A stretch of 64,000 nt of DNA from Candidatus Obscuribacteraceae bacterium (lineage in GTDB: Bacteria > Cyanobacteriota > Vampirovibrionia > Obscuribacterales > Obscuribacteraceae): NCBI GenBank assembly GCA_044229845.1, contig JBGASG010000003.1, positions 416,001-480,000 of the forward strand. The letters are read 5' to 3'. The notes below the pieces were generated by a model. It was given only the letters and a program-made list of their open reading frames with translations, was not told the origin of the DNA and did not search any database. This document shows, piece after piece, positions 40,581 through 50,473 of this stretch. Position 1 is the first letter of the stretch; each line of letters opens with the position of its first letter. The translations under genes were made by a program, and so were the position numbers.

Positions 40581-41393
40581 TTGTCAGTAGCAACGATGAG
40601 ACAACTGTTGGAGGCGGGAGTCCATTTCGGGCACCAGACACGCCGTTGGAACCCGAAAATGCGTCCATACATCTACGGTGAACGGAACGGCATTTACATC
40701 ATTGACCTCGAACAAACCCAGCGAGCGCTGGACAAAGCCTGCGATTACATGCGAAAAGCAGCCGAAAATCGCAAAAACATAGTTTTCGTCGGCACCAAGA
40801 AGCAGGCTGCCGAAATCGTTCAGGAAGAAGCAGTCCGCGCTGGAGTGCACTTCGTGAATCGTCGTTGGCTGGGCGGCATGCTCACCAACTTTGAAACCAT
40901 CAAATGGCGCATGAACCGCTTGAAAGAGCTGGAGTCGATGCGCGATACCGGTGAGTTTTTCCGCCGTCCCAAGAAAGAAGTCGCCGTCCTCAACCGTGAG
41001 ATGGCAAAGCTTGAGAAGTCCCTCGGCGGCATCAAGACCATGAAGGGCAAGCCTGACGTTCTGTTCATCATCGATCAAAAGCGTGAGTTGATCGCAGTCC
41101 AGGAAGCCAAGAAAGTCGGCATCGAAGTCGTCGGCATCATCGACACCAACTGCGATCCCGATGCTATCGATTACGTCATCCCCGGCAACGATGATTCGAT
41201 TCGTTCAATCAAATTGATTACGTCGAGCATCGCCAACGCCATTCTGGAAGGCAAGCAAGGTCAATCCAACGCTCCTGCCGAAGAACCGGAAGCCAAAGAA
41301 GAGCGCGAACGGCAGCTAGCCGCAGTGGCCAGTGCCGCTGGCGACGAATCCTCTGAAGGCGGCAGCGGCGAGTCGGAAGGCGAAAACGCTTAG
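40581..41393 (+). CDS. rpsB: 30S ribosomal protein S2
   Basis: [47 protein letters not shown] start after AGGAG. Confidence 0.98.
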   Translation: MSVATMRQLLEAGVHFGHQTRRWNPKMRPYIYGERNGIYIIDLEQTQRALDKACDYMRKAAENRKNIVFVGTKKQAAEIVQEEAVRAGVHFVNRRWLGGMLTNFETIKWRMNRLKELESMRDTGEFFRRPKKEVAVLNREMAKLEKSLGGIKTMKGKPDVLFIIDQKRELIAVQEAKKVGIEVVGIIDTNCDPDAIDYVIPGNDDSIRSIKLITSSIANAILEGKQGQSNAPAEEPEAKEERERQLAAVASAAGDESSEGGSGESEGENA

Positions 41394-41591
41394 TTAAGGG
41401 ATGCCGGCTGAAAGATGGCGCAGGTCATCTTATCCACCTCCTGAAATGCAGCAATTCAAAATGTAAGTGCTGGATTCAGGCGGAAAGCCTGCCCAGCGAC
41501 GATTGGGCATGTTCCGACGACTGTCGAGAACGACCGGACCAGAAATCGAACACCTGATAGAACGTGTCTGTGTAAACACAAGGAGTGCAAA

Positions 41592-42497
41592 ATGCCAGAT
41601 ATATCGGCAACCATGGTCAAAGACCTGAGAGAGAAGTCTGGAGCAGCCATGATGGACTGCAAGAAGGCCCTCGTGGAAGCTGACGGCAACTTCGACAAAG
41701 CCTTCGAACTGCTTCGCCAGAAGGGCATCGCCAGCGCTGCCAAGAAGCAATCACGCGCCACCTCCGAAGGCCTGGTGGTCGGCGAAGTGAGCGCTGACGG
41801 CAAGCGCGGCGCACTGGTCGAAATCAACTGCGAAACCGACTTCGTGGCACGGAACGAAGAATTCCAAGAACTGGCAAAAACTCTTGCTAAGACCGCGTTG
41901 GAATCCAAGGCGACCTCAGTGGAAGAGCTTGGCAAGGCTAAGCACGGCGGTGGAACAATCGCCGACCTGATCACTGAGAAAGTCGGCAAGATTGGCGAAA
42001 ACATCGTTCTGCGTCGCATCGCTCAGGTCGCTATCGACGGAGCCGGCACGGTCGGACTCTATGTCCATGCCCTGGGCGGCAAGATGGGCGCCATGGTCGG
42101 ACTCCAGGCTGAAAAAGACGGCAACAAAGAAGAACTGCAATCGATGGGACGCGATGTCGCCATGCATGTAGTTTCTGCCAAGCCTCAGTTCATCTCACGC
42201 GATGAAGTTCCAGCTGATATCGTCGAGAACGAGCGCCGCATCGAACTCGGCAAGGAAGACCTTGCTAAGAAGCCGGCCGAAATTCGCGAAAAAATCGTGC
42301 AGGGACGCGTCGACAAAATCATGTCCGAACGTTGCTTGCTCGATCAGCCGTTCGTCAAGGATCCCAACCAGACTGTCGGACAGCTCCTCAAGAGCAAGGC
42401 TGCCGAGTACGGCGCCCTGAAGCCGACCGGCTACGCGTTGTTTATCCTGGGCGAAAGCGAAGCCGCACCGTCCGCCGAAGGCAACGGACATCACTAG
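41592..42497 (+). CDS. tsf: Translation elongation factor Ts
   Basis: VKDLREKSGAAMMDCKKAL, EINCETDFVA, KIGENI, LLDQPFVKD. Confidence 0.98.
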   Translation: MPDISATMVKDLREKSGAAMMDCKKALVEADGNFDKAFELLRQKGIASAAKKQSRATSEGLVVGEVSADGKRGALVEINCETDFVARNEEFQELAKTLAKTALESKATSVEELGKAKHGGGTIADLITEKVGKIGENIVLRRIAQVAIDGAGTVGLYVHALGGKMGAMVGLQAEKDGNKEELQSMGRDVAMHVVSAKPQFISRDEVPADIVENERRIELGKEDLAKKPAEIREKIVQGRVDKIMSERCLLDQPFVKDPNQTVGQLLKSKAAEYGALKPTGYALFILGESEAAPSAEGNGHH

Positions 42498-42540
42498 ACA
42501 GCTGAGCGGCGTTGGTCGCCAAACAGCACTAGACCTCTTA

Positions 42541-42568
42541 GAAAGGGCGTTCTCAGGAGCGCCCTTTC
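42541..42568 (+). terminator. Hairpin / likely intrinsic terminator after tsf
   Basis: GAAAGGGCGTTC-TCAG-GAGCGCCCTTTC followed by AGTTATTT. Confidence 0.65.
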
Positions 42569-42721
42569 AGTTATTTCGTTGCTTTTCGCGCATCTGAAGC
42601 GCGCTGTAAATGTGCGGCTCGCCATAACCCTGTATGATCGTCGCCGGTCTGACAAATGGCAATTTAGGGAATGCGGACTGCCGCCTTCCATGAGGCTCGA
42701 AACCAGGAATCACGTTCTAAA

Positions 42722-43483
42722 ATGCAAAGCAAATCTACAGTCACCAATCCCGAGAAACCATCCGTGGGCGGCAGAAAGTATCAGCGCATCCTGCTTAAAC
42801 TGAGCGGCGAAGCGTTAATGGATCCGGCGAAAGGTTTTGGTATTTCTGACAAAACCATCCATCGCATAGCCGATGAGGTAGCAGCAGCGCACCGTCATGG
42901 CACCCAGATCGCGATAGTCGTAGGCGCAGGCAATATATTTCGCGGCACGCAAGGCAAGAATTTCGGCATGGACAAAGCCGCGGCAGACTACGTGGGCATG
43001 CTAGCCACGATTATCAACTGCCTGATTCTTTCCGAAGTGCTCCAGTCGAAAGGCGTCGAAACCCGCGTGCAGACAGCAATCGCCATGCCCGCAGTCGCCG
43101 AGTCTTTTATTAGATTGCGCGCCATTCGCCACCTCCAAAAGGGGCGTGTCGTCATCTTTGGTGGCGGAACCGGTAACCCGCACGTCACCACGGATACGGC
43201 TGCCGCGCTGCGCGCTGCAGAGATCAAAGCGGATGCCGTGCTCATGGCTAAACACGGTACGGACGGCGTCTACACCGACGACCCGAACCGCAATCCGCAA
43301 GCCCAAAAGATAGAGAAGATTTCCTTCGAAGACGTCATTCGTCAGGGTCTAAAAGTGATGGACCCGGCGGCGGTATCTTTGTGTCAGCAAAACAACATTC
43401 CACTTGTGGTGTTCAATTTTGCTGATGAAGGTTCAGTCGAGAAGATCATTCTCGGGGAAGCCATTGGAACAATAATTGAGTGA
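42722..43483 (+). CDS. pyrH: UMP kinase
   Basis: RILLKLSGEAL, GAGNIFRG, DYVGMLAT, GTGNP..TTDTAAALRA, DGVY..DP. Confidence 0.97.
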   Translation: MQSKSTVTNPEKPSVGGRKYQRILLKLSGEALMDPAKGFGISDKTIHRIADEVAAAHRHGTQIAIVVGAGNIFRGTQGKNFGMDKAAADYVGMLATIINCLILSEVLQSKGVETRVQTAIAMPAVAESFIRLRAIRHLQKGRVVIFGGGTGNPHVTTDTAAALRAAEIKADAVLMAKHGTDGVYTDDPNRNPQAQKIEKISFEDVIRQGLKVMDPAAVSLCQQNNIPLVVFNFADEGSVEKIILGEAIGTIIE

Positions 43484-43510
43484 CATAGAAGCAAGACCTG
43501 GAGGGGATGT

Positions 43511-44071
43511 ATGTCTACCACTACGCAAGCGCTGACCGACGCCGAAGACCGCATGAAGAAGGCGCTGGCCAATCTGCAGAAGGAGTTTCAAACGGTGCGC
43601 ACGGGGCGTGCCAACCCGGCTTTGTTGGACCGCATCGAGGTCGAGTATTACGGAACTCCAACGCCATTGAAGAGTTTGGCCAACATCTCAACTCCCGATG
43701 GACGCTCACTGGTTATTCAGCCTTACGACAAGGGCGCGCTCAAAGAAATCGAACAAGCTATCCATAAGTCTGGTCTGGGGCTGACACCAAACAATGATGG
43801 AACCGTGGTGCGCATCAACATTCCCGCTCTCACCGAAGACCGACGCAAAGAACTGACCAAGGTGGTCAAAAAGTACGCAGAAGAAGCTCGCGTTGCCATC
43901 CGAAACATTCGCCGCGACGCAGCCGACCACATCAAGAAACAGAAGGACAATCAAGTCTCCGAAGACGAAATAAAACGTCAGGAAGATTCCCTTCAAAAAA
44001 TGACGGACAAGTACATCAAAGAAGTGGACAAGATGACCTCGGAAAAAGAAACCGAGATCATGGAGGTATAA
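43511..44071 (+). CDS. frr: Ribosome recycling factor
   Basis: [47 protein letters not shown]. Confidence 0.98.
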   Translation: MSTTTQALTDAEDRMKKALANLQKEFQTVRTGRANPALLDRIEVEYYGTPTPLKSLANISTPDGRSLVIQPYDKGALKEIEQAIHKSGLGLTPNNDGTVVRINIPALTEDRRKELTKVVKKYAEEARVAIRNIRRDAADHIKKQKDNQVSEDEIKRQEDSLQKMTDKYIKEVDKMTSEKETEIMEV

Positions 44072-44076
44072 CACCC

Positions 44077-46020
44077 ATGTGCGGAATCGTTGGTTACCTG
44101 GGCCCGTTCCAGGCTGCTCCCATATTGCTTTCGGAGCTCCGGTGCCTTGAGTATCGCGGCTATGACTCGGCCGGATTGGCAGTCATCGAGAACGGGCGCC
44201 TCAACGTCGTGAAAGCAGTCGGCAAGCTCTCCAATCTGGAAACGCTGCTCGACGAAAAGCCACCAACTGCCACCATCGGCATCGGGCACACGCGCTGGGC
44301 CACTCACGGCGTTCCCAACGATGAAAACGCTCACCCGCACACAGACTGCACCAGCAAACTGGCCGTGGTCCACAACGGCATCATCGAGAATTACGAAGAG
44401 CTCCGCGACGAACTGATCAAAGCCGGACACAAGTTCGTCTCTCAGACCGACACCGAAACGATCGCTCACCTCATCGAAGAAGAGCTGAAGAAACAGAAAG
44501 ACCTGCTGAAAGCAATTCAACAGACGGTCAATAAATTGAAAGGTGCGTACGCCCTGGGCATCGTCAGCCAGGATCATCCCGATCGCATTTATGCCGTCAA
44601 CCACCACTATTCGCTGGCCGTCGGGCTGGGAGATCGCGAAAGCTATCTGGCATCCGACAGCGTGGCGGTCTGCCAGTACACGACCCGCCTGTTGCGTCTG
44701 GAAGAAAGCGAAATCGCCGAGATGACTCTGGGCAAGTGTCGCCTCTTCGACTTCACCGGCAAAGAAGTGAATCGTAATCCAGTCACCGTCGACCAGATGC
44801 CCTATGTGATCGACAAGAAGGGGCACAAGCACTTTCTGCTCAAAGAGATTCACGAGCAGCCGCTGGTCTTGAGGCAGACGCTCAGCAAGTATCTCTCAGA
44901 CCCGCGAAAACCAATCAATTTTTCTGCCACCAGCAGCCATTTCGTGAGCAACGCCAATGAAGGCAAGAATCACGGATCCGGTGGCAAAAAAGACAGCGGC
45001 AACGGTAACGGTAACGGCAACGGCAACGGCTACGGCGTGCACCTGACAGACGCCGACATCGCCAAGATTGAGCGCATCAAAGTGGTGGCATGCGGAACGG
45101 CGTACCATGCCGGTCTGGTCGGCAAGCACGTGATCGAACAATTGTGCGGCATTCCGGTCGACGTTGAAATAGCTTCCGAGTGCCGCGGTCGCCGCATGCT
45201 GGTAGACGAGAACACACTCGCCATCGCCGTCAGCCAGTCAGGCGAAACAGCCGACACACTGGCCGCCATCACAGAGGCGAAAAACGGCGGATCTTTCACA
45301 CTCGGGATTACCAACCGCCCCGATTCGCATCTCGCCTTGATCACTCCTAACCTGATTGTCACCGAATGCGGTATCGAAGTTTCAGTGGCGGCAACCAAAA
45401 CATTCACCGCGCAATGCGTTTGTTTCTACCTGCTGGCAATTTACCTTGCCGAGAAGAAAAATCTGCTCGGCGCCGCTGAAATTCTCCAGCTTAAAACCCA
45501 CCTCAGCAAAGCTCCGGCACTGATCGAGCAGACCCTGGCACGCCAGGCGGACTATCAGCAAAAATCGCTGAGTTATGCGGAAGCACACGACGTCATGTTC
45601 ATGGGTCGCGGAGTCAACTATCCAATAGCCATGGAAGGCGCACTGAAGCTGAAAGAACTCAGCTATATTCACGCCTCCGGATACGCCGCTGGCGAATTGA
45701 AACACGGTCCGATCGCTGTGCTGGACTCGAAGGTTCCGGTTGTGACGATTTGTGTCCCCGGCACCGTCTACGAGAAGGTGATTTCCAACTCCCAGGAAGC
45801 AAAAGCCCGCAAAGCGCAAATGATTGCAGTGGCAGTCGATGGCGATGAGCAGGCCGCAAAGACATTCGACACCATCTTCTCCATCCCACCTGTCGAGGAA
45901 ATGTTCAGCCCGCTTGTCGCAGTGGTGCCGCTGCAGTTGATGTCTTATTTCATCGCCGACTATCTCGGCAAAGATGTCGACCAGCCGCGCAACCTGGCTA
46001 AATCAGTCACCGTCGAGTAA
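44077..46020 (+). CDS. glmS: Glutamine--fructose-6-phosphate transaminase (isomerizing)
   Basis: MCGIVG, LEYRGYDSAG, GHTRWATHG, SQSGETADT, VAATKTF, EGALKLKE, PRNLAKSVTVE. Confidence 0.98.
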   Translation: MCGIVGYLGPFQAAPILLSELRCLEYRGYDSAGLAVIENGRLNVVKAVGKLSNLETLLDEKPPTATIGIGHTRWATHGVPNDENAHPHTDCTSKLAVVHNGIIENYEELRDELIKAGHKFVSQTDTETIAHLIEEELKKQKDLLKAIQQTVNKLKGAYALGIVSQDHPDRIYAVNHHYSLAVGLGDRESYLASDSVAVCQYTTRLLRLEESEIAEMTLGKCRLFDFTGKEVNRNPVTVDQMPYVIDKKGHKHFLLKEIHEQPLVLRQTLSKYLSDPRKPINFSATSSHFVSNANEGKNHGSGGKKDSGNGNGNGNGNGYGVHLTDADIAKIERIKVVACGTAYHAGLVGKHVIEQLCGIPVDVEIASECRGRRMLVDENTLAIAVSQSGETADTLAAITEAKNGGSFTLGITNRPDSHLALITPNLIVTECGIEVSVAATKTFTAQCVCFYLLAIYLAEKKNLLGAAEILQLKTHLSKAPALIEQTLARQADYQQKSLSYAEAHDVMFMGRGVNYPIAMEGALKLKELSYIHASGYAAGELKHGPIAVLDSKVPVVTICVPGTVYEKVISNSQEAKARKAQMIAVAVDGDEQAAKTFDTIFSIPPVEEMFSPLVAVVPLQLMSYFIADYLGKDVDQPRNLAKSVTVE

Positions 46021-46048
46021 CGCGAAGTACCGACGTTTTTCGCGTGTT
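46021..46048 (+). repeat. Dispersed 28-bp intergenic pseudo-palindrome, copy 8 (fills the whole glmS/TPR gap)
   Basis: CGCGAAGTAC-CGAC-GTTTTTCGCGTGTT starts at the base after the glmS TAA and ends on the opposing stop codon. Confidence 0.9.
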
Positions 46049-47256
46049 TACTTCAGCCTGTGAACGGCCATCTCTAGGTTGTTTCGGGCTTCGATAAAAC
46101 GCGGATTCAGTCTGAGAGCAATGCGAAACTCGTTCACCGCTGACTGGATGTCGCCGCGCCCATACAGGGCGAAACCAAGATCGTTGTGGGCGTGCGCATT
46201 CAGCGGATCTATGGACACGGCTTGTTTAAACTCGTCCACCGCGGCTTCGGTATCACCATTGGTGAGCAAACACCGCCCCATCGCCACGTGGCTGTCGGGA
46301 GAGTTGGGATTGAGCAACATAGCCTGTCTAGCGATGCGCAAAGAAGCTTGTTTATCGCCTGATTTTAGCAGCGCATTGGTCAACGAGACCTGGGCACGCG
46401 AAGATCCGGAATCGAGTGATACGGCCTGCCTGGCGGCTTTCAATGCCCCCTGAACGTCCTGCGACGACAGCAGAACCTCGGACAACCCCGAGAGGGCATC
46501 CGCCGAAGGTTTGATGGAAACGGATCGGCGAAACTCGTTGATGCTGTCCGAAACGTTTCCTCCGTGAAAAAGCGATTCAGCCAGCAGCATGTGCACTTCT
46601 GCGATATTTGGTGCAATTTCCACGGCGCGACGATATTGTCCGAGGGCTTCGTTGTGGTCACCCATCCACTCGAGGACTTTCGCCAGCTGAGCGTGGGCAA
46701 GCGCGTCAGCAGGATTGATGTTGATGGCTGCCATCAAATCGGTGGCTGCACCTTGTGGGTCTCCGAGAAGAAACAGATAGGTGCCCAGCTTGAAGCGCAA
46801 ATGAGGATTTTTTGGATTGTCGGTGACGCTGCGGCGAAGTGAGATTACGGTATCACCCACGGTTCTGAGGTCGTACGACTTGCGGTCGAGCAACAGCAGA
46901 TCCAGTTCTTCCTGTGAAACTTGCGATTCGGGAGAATGGGCAGCACCGTGAGCAGCACCGTGAACACCGGCCGGCGGCGGCGTACCACCGTGCGCGGCAC
47001 CTCCCGCGCCACTCGCAGCAGAAGCCCCTGAACCGTGCGCGGCAGGCCCGGCAGTAGTGCCAGCAAGGCTGCCGCCACTGGCTGGAGTGGTTGGCGCCGA
47101 TACCTTTGCAACAGACTTATTGGCAGCCTCAACAGTGCCGGCATGGGCCGGGACGCCATGCAGTGCGATAGACAGAACGGACAGACTGCCGCCGGCAATC
47201 ATGAACGAGAAGTAAATTGCTGAAACTATATTTCTGGCTGACCGAAGAGATGGCAT
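46048..47256 (-). CDS. Exported tetratricopeptide repeat protein
   Basis: Signal-like hydrophobic N-terminus, Ala/Gly/His-rich linker, multiple 34-aa TPR units (e.g. AHNDLGFALY...A.....P). Start moved to 47256 to avoid overlapping hemW. Confidence 0.85.
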   Translation of the reverse strand: MPSLRSARNIVSAIYFSFMIAGGSLSVLSIALHGVPAHAGTVEAANKSVAKVSAPTTPASGGSLAGTTAGPAAHGSGASAASGAGGAAHGGTPPPAGVHGAAHGAAHSPESQVSQEELDLLLLDRKSYDLRTVGDTVISLRRSVTDNPKNPHLRFKLGTYLFLLGDPQGAATDLMAAININPADALAHAQLAKVLEWMGDHNEALGQYRRAVEIAPNIAEVHMLLAESLFHGGNVSDSINEFRRSVSIKPSADALSGLSEVLLSSQDVQGALKAARQAVSLDSGSSRAQVSLTNALLKSGDKQASLRIARQAMLLNPNSPDSHVAMGRCLLTNGDTEAAVDEFKQAVSIDPLNAHAHNDLGFALYGRGDIQSAVNEFRIALRLNPRFIEARNNLEMAVHRLK

Positions 47257-47304
47257 GTACCGACCGCGTTTTTGGTATCTTTTCTTCTGTAGCCGGGAGG
47301 AATA

Positions 47305-48429
47305 ATGGCGCTTACCGCCTACATACATATACCATTTTGCTCGCACAAGTGTGACTTTTGCGACTTCGCGGCATTCGCCGGTGTCGACGACATGGAGCGG
47401 GACTACTGCGATGTGGTTGTATCTGAAATCCGCGCGCGCACGCAAGAATATCAGCATCCCGCCGGCGGCATGCGCTCGCTGTTCTACGGCGGCGGCACCC
47501 CGGGCTACGTCAGTCCCGATAACCTCGCTCTCATTCACGAAACTCTCAACGAGACCGTCGGCGTGGCCAGTGACGCGGAAGTTTCACTGGAAACCACCCC
47601 CCATTCCATAACCCTGGAAAAGGCAAAGAGCTGGCTTTCCATGGGAATCAACCGCCTCTCGATCGGGCTAGAGTCCCTGAATGATGATGAATTGCGGGCG
47701 ATCGGGCGCGATCACACGGTTGCCCAGGCGTTGCAAGGCGTCGACACGGCAAGGGAAGCAGGTTTCGTCAATATAGCTCTCGATCTCATGTACGGTCTGC
47801 CCACGCAGACGCTGGTCAGCTGGGAGAAAACGCTAGATCGGGCGATTGGGTTGGGAGCGCCGCACCTGTCGGCCTATGGATTAACGCTGGCAGGAAACTC
47901 ACCACTTCTCACGAAATTCCCTCGCGATTGCGCTGACTATCCGGATGAAGACTTGTTCGGCTCCATGTATGGGTTGCTCGTCTCCAAGTGCGAAGCGGCA
48001 GGACTGCTGCAATACGAGATATCCAACTTCAGCAAGGTCGGCTACGAATCCCGCCACAACCTCACCTACTGGGCAAACAGCGAGTACTTCGGTTTCGGCG
48101 TCAGCGCCCACCGTTACCTCGGAGGCGTCCGCAGTTCCAACTTCCGGGGACTGAAACGGTACATGCGAGACTTTCTGTCGGACGAAACTTGTGAGGTTAT
48201 CGACGAACGAACTCGCGCCAAAGAAGCGCTTTTCCTCGGTCTGCGGCTGCGAACCGGCATCAACCTCGACCAATTCAGAACCATGTATGGCTTCGACGTG
48301 CGCGCCGTGCGCAGCGACAAAATTCAGGCGCTCACAGAAGGCGGATTTTTGGAGGTCTCAGACGGCTACCTGCGGCTCAGTCAGCGTGGTGTTCTGGTCA
48401 GCAACCTGGTGATGTCGGAGCTGGTGTAG
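47305..48429 (+). CDS. hemW: Radical SAM heme chaperone HemW
   Basis: YIHIPFCSHKCDFCDF, YGGGTP, DLMYGLP, YEISNF and the HNLTYW motif typical of HemW. Confidence 0.92.
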   Translation: MALTAYIHIPFCSHKCDFCDFAAFAGVDDMERDYCDVVVSEIRARTQEYQHPAGGMRSLFYGGGTPGYVSPDNLALIHETLNETVGVASDAEVSLETTPHSITLEKAKSWLSMGINRLSIGLESLNDDELRAIGRDHTVAQALQGVDTAREAGFVNIALDLMYGLPTQTLVSWEKTLDRAIGLGAPHLSAYGLTLAGNSPLLTKFPRDCADYPDEDLFGSMYGLLVSKCEAAGLLQYEISNFSKVGYESRHNLTYWANSEYFGFGVSAHRYLGGVRSSNFRGLKRYMRDFLSDETCEVIDERTRAKEALFLGLRLRTGINLDQFRTMYGFDVRAVRSDKIQALTEGGFLEVSDGYLRLSQRGVLVSNLVMSELV

Positions 48430-48659
48430 CCGCCGGCGGTCCGATAAACGGCTGAACCGCCGCAGGCAGTTACCGGGTGGGCTTGCGGCTCGGTCCGAGC
48501 TGACCGGAGTAGTTTAGGAATGCCCATTTTGGGGCACGTTGGGTGGGTACGAGGCGTCTTGGTCAACCCTGTCTTCACAGGGTGTGTCGCGGGGCACAAT
48601 AAACACAGGCAACCAAACGGCAAGATTATCCCGCTGCGAATCCAATCTGATCTGACGAC

Positions 48660-50327
48660 ATGAAAATGTGCCCAGACTGTGGCTCAAAGTACGAGGACTC
48701 CTATGTGGAGTGCCCTCAGGATTCGCGCCAGCTCAAGGCCATCGAACTGGACCCCTGGATAGGCCAGCTGATCGCCGACCGCTACACCATTCAATCGGTG
48801 ATTGGCAGCGGTGGCATGGGTGTAGTCTACAAAGCAAAGAACGAGGTAAATGACCGTCCAGTCGCGATCAAGATGCTGCATCAGCATCTTGTGACCGATA
48901 CTGATGCGATAAAACAGTTTCACCTGGAAGCCCAGGCGGTCTCCAAAGTTTCTCATCCGAACACTGTGCAACTCTGGGATTTCGGACTGACCGAATCGGG
49001 ACAGCCGTATATCGTGATGGATTATTTCGATGGGATCAATTTGCGCAAGTTGATCAAGTCGGAAGGCATACTCTCCATTGCGCGCGCCAATCATATTTTC
49101 GGGCAAGCGGCCGATGCGCTGGCGTTTGCTCACAATGCCGGTGTCGTTCATCGCGATCTCAAGCCTGAGAACATCATGATCGCCGCAGCCGAAGAAGACC
49201 GCGTAGCAGTGGTGGACTTCGGTATCTCGTCCTTCGCTACAGCGCGCACCAAATACGATGGCGGGCCGGTAAGCGATATCGTCGGCAGTCCACCCTACAT
49301 GAGTCCGGAACAGTGTCAGCTGGCTGGTGAAATAGACGAACGCAGCGACATTTATTCGATTGCCATTGTCCTCTATGAGGCGCTCAGCGGCAAACTGCCC
49401 TTCGCGGCCAAGAATGCACTGGACATGCTTGACGCACACATTTCCAGGCAGCCATTGCCTTTGCGTGCAGCCCATCAAGGACTGGTTTCTTGCGAGGCGC
49501 TGAGTGAACTCTTAGCAAAGAGCCTGGATAAGAAACCTGAGAATCGTCCGCAAACGATGGAACAGTTTCGCGAGGGGCTGGCCGATGCAGTTCGCCGGGA
49601 CATGATCCGTCTTAGCTCTCTCAAAAACCGAAAGAGCGAACTGGATGGCAGTTCTACCACATCACAGCAACGCATCGTTCCCCCTGCAGGCGCAGCCACG
49701 TCGGCTGGCGGTACGTCACAAGGAGTGACAACAGCTTCTCAAACGGTCCCAGCCGATGCCACTCCGTCAGCTCTGGCACCAATAAAGGTGGCAGACATTG
49801 TTAGGTCAGATACGCTGGTGGATGCCGTGGCAGCGCTACCTCAGGACCAGTTGTTGACGACCGGCGCAGAAACGAAGCGAGTCGAAAAGAATTTCCTGGA
49901 CAAGGTATTTGCTGCGATTGGGCTTGGTTCCAGCCGCAAGGAAGAGAAGGGACCCCAATACGTTCTGTACAACTGTCCTCATTGCGGGGAGACAGTGGCA
50001 CCCGACATTTCGTTCTGCCTGGAATGCGGTCGCAGTCTGGCTCAGACCCAGGACTTCGCTGCGATACGTGCGGCGCAAGGAACATTCACGTTGCCGAAAA
50101 CTCAACATGTCGAGCCAGGACCAACCGGTTTCGATCGCAAAAAGAAAGCCCGCATGACCGTCCGTCTCTGGAACAGTCCGACCGCCATCATTGTCGGTAT
50201 CAGCATCATCGCAGTGACAGCGTTTGTGATGACAGGCGGCATGGAGACCGCTTCCAAGCAATTGAAGAAAATGCATCTGAAGCAGATTGTCGGTCCGGAA
50301 CTGGCGAAGCAACTCAACCTCAAGTAG
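48660..50327 (+). CDS. Hanks-type Ser/Thr protein kinase with N-terminal and internal zinc ribbons and a C-terminal TM helix
   Basis: IGSGGMGVVY, VAIKM, HRDLKPEN, DFG, GSPPYMSPE; CPDC-x10-CPQD; CPHCG-x9-FCLECG-type ribbon. Confidence 0.93.
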   Translation: MKMCPDCGSKYEDSYVECPQDSRQLKAIELDPWIGQLIADRYTIQSVIGSGGMGVVYKAKNEVNDRPVAIKMLHQHLVTDTDAIKQFHLEAQAVSKVSHPNTVQLWDFGLTESGQPYIVMDYFDGINLRKLIKSEGILSIARANHIFGQAADALAFAHNAGVVHRDLKPENIMIAAAEEDRVAVVDFGISSFATARTKYDGGPVSDIVGSPPYMSPEQCQLAGEIDERSDIYSIAIVLYEALSGKLPFAAKNALDMLDAHISRQPLPLRAAHQGLVSCEALSELLAKSLDKKPENRPQTMEQFREGLADAVRRDMIRLSSLKNRKSELDGSSTTSQQRIVPPAGAATSAGGTSQGVTTASQTVPADATPSALAPIKVADIVRSDTLVDAVAALPQDQLLTTGAETKRVEKNFLDKVFAAIGLGSSRKEEKGPQYVLYNCPHCGETVAPDISFCLECGRSLAQTQDFAAIRAAQGTFTLPKTQHVEPGPTGFDRKKKARMTVRLWNSPTAIIVGISIIAVTAFVMTGGMETASKQLKKMHLKQIVGPELAKQLNLK

Positions 50328-50340
50328 CGCGTTCTCGACA

Positions 50341-50368
50341 AGCGCAATTCGATTGTTTTTCGCGCGTT
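50341..50368 (+). repeat. Dispersed 28-bp intergenic pseudo-palindrome, copy 9
   Basis: AGCGCAATTC-GATT-GTTTTTCGCGCGTT, 13 bp after the kinase stop. Confidence 0.82.
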
Positions 50369-50473
50369 TTCCACGCGTTGCTCACGTCGTCCTCCGATTA
50401 AGGACGCATTAAGGGGAGCCTGGACCCGACTCGTTCGTCTATATACTAGAACTAACCTAGAGGATGAAAACCC

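Noticed and set aside
44072..44076. glmS ribozyme upstream of glmS (and an FMN riboswitch upstream of ribF)
   Set aside because: Only 5 bp separate frr and glmS, and no FMN aptamer consensus is visible before ribF.
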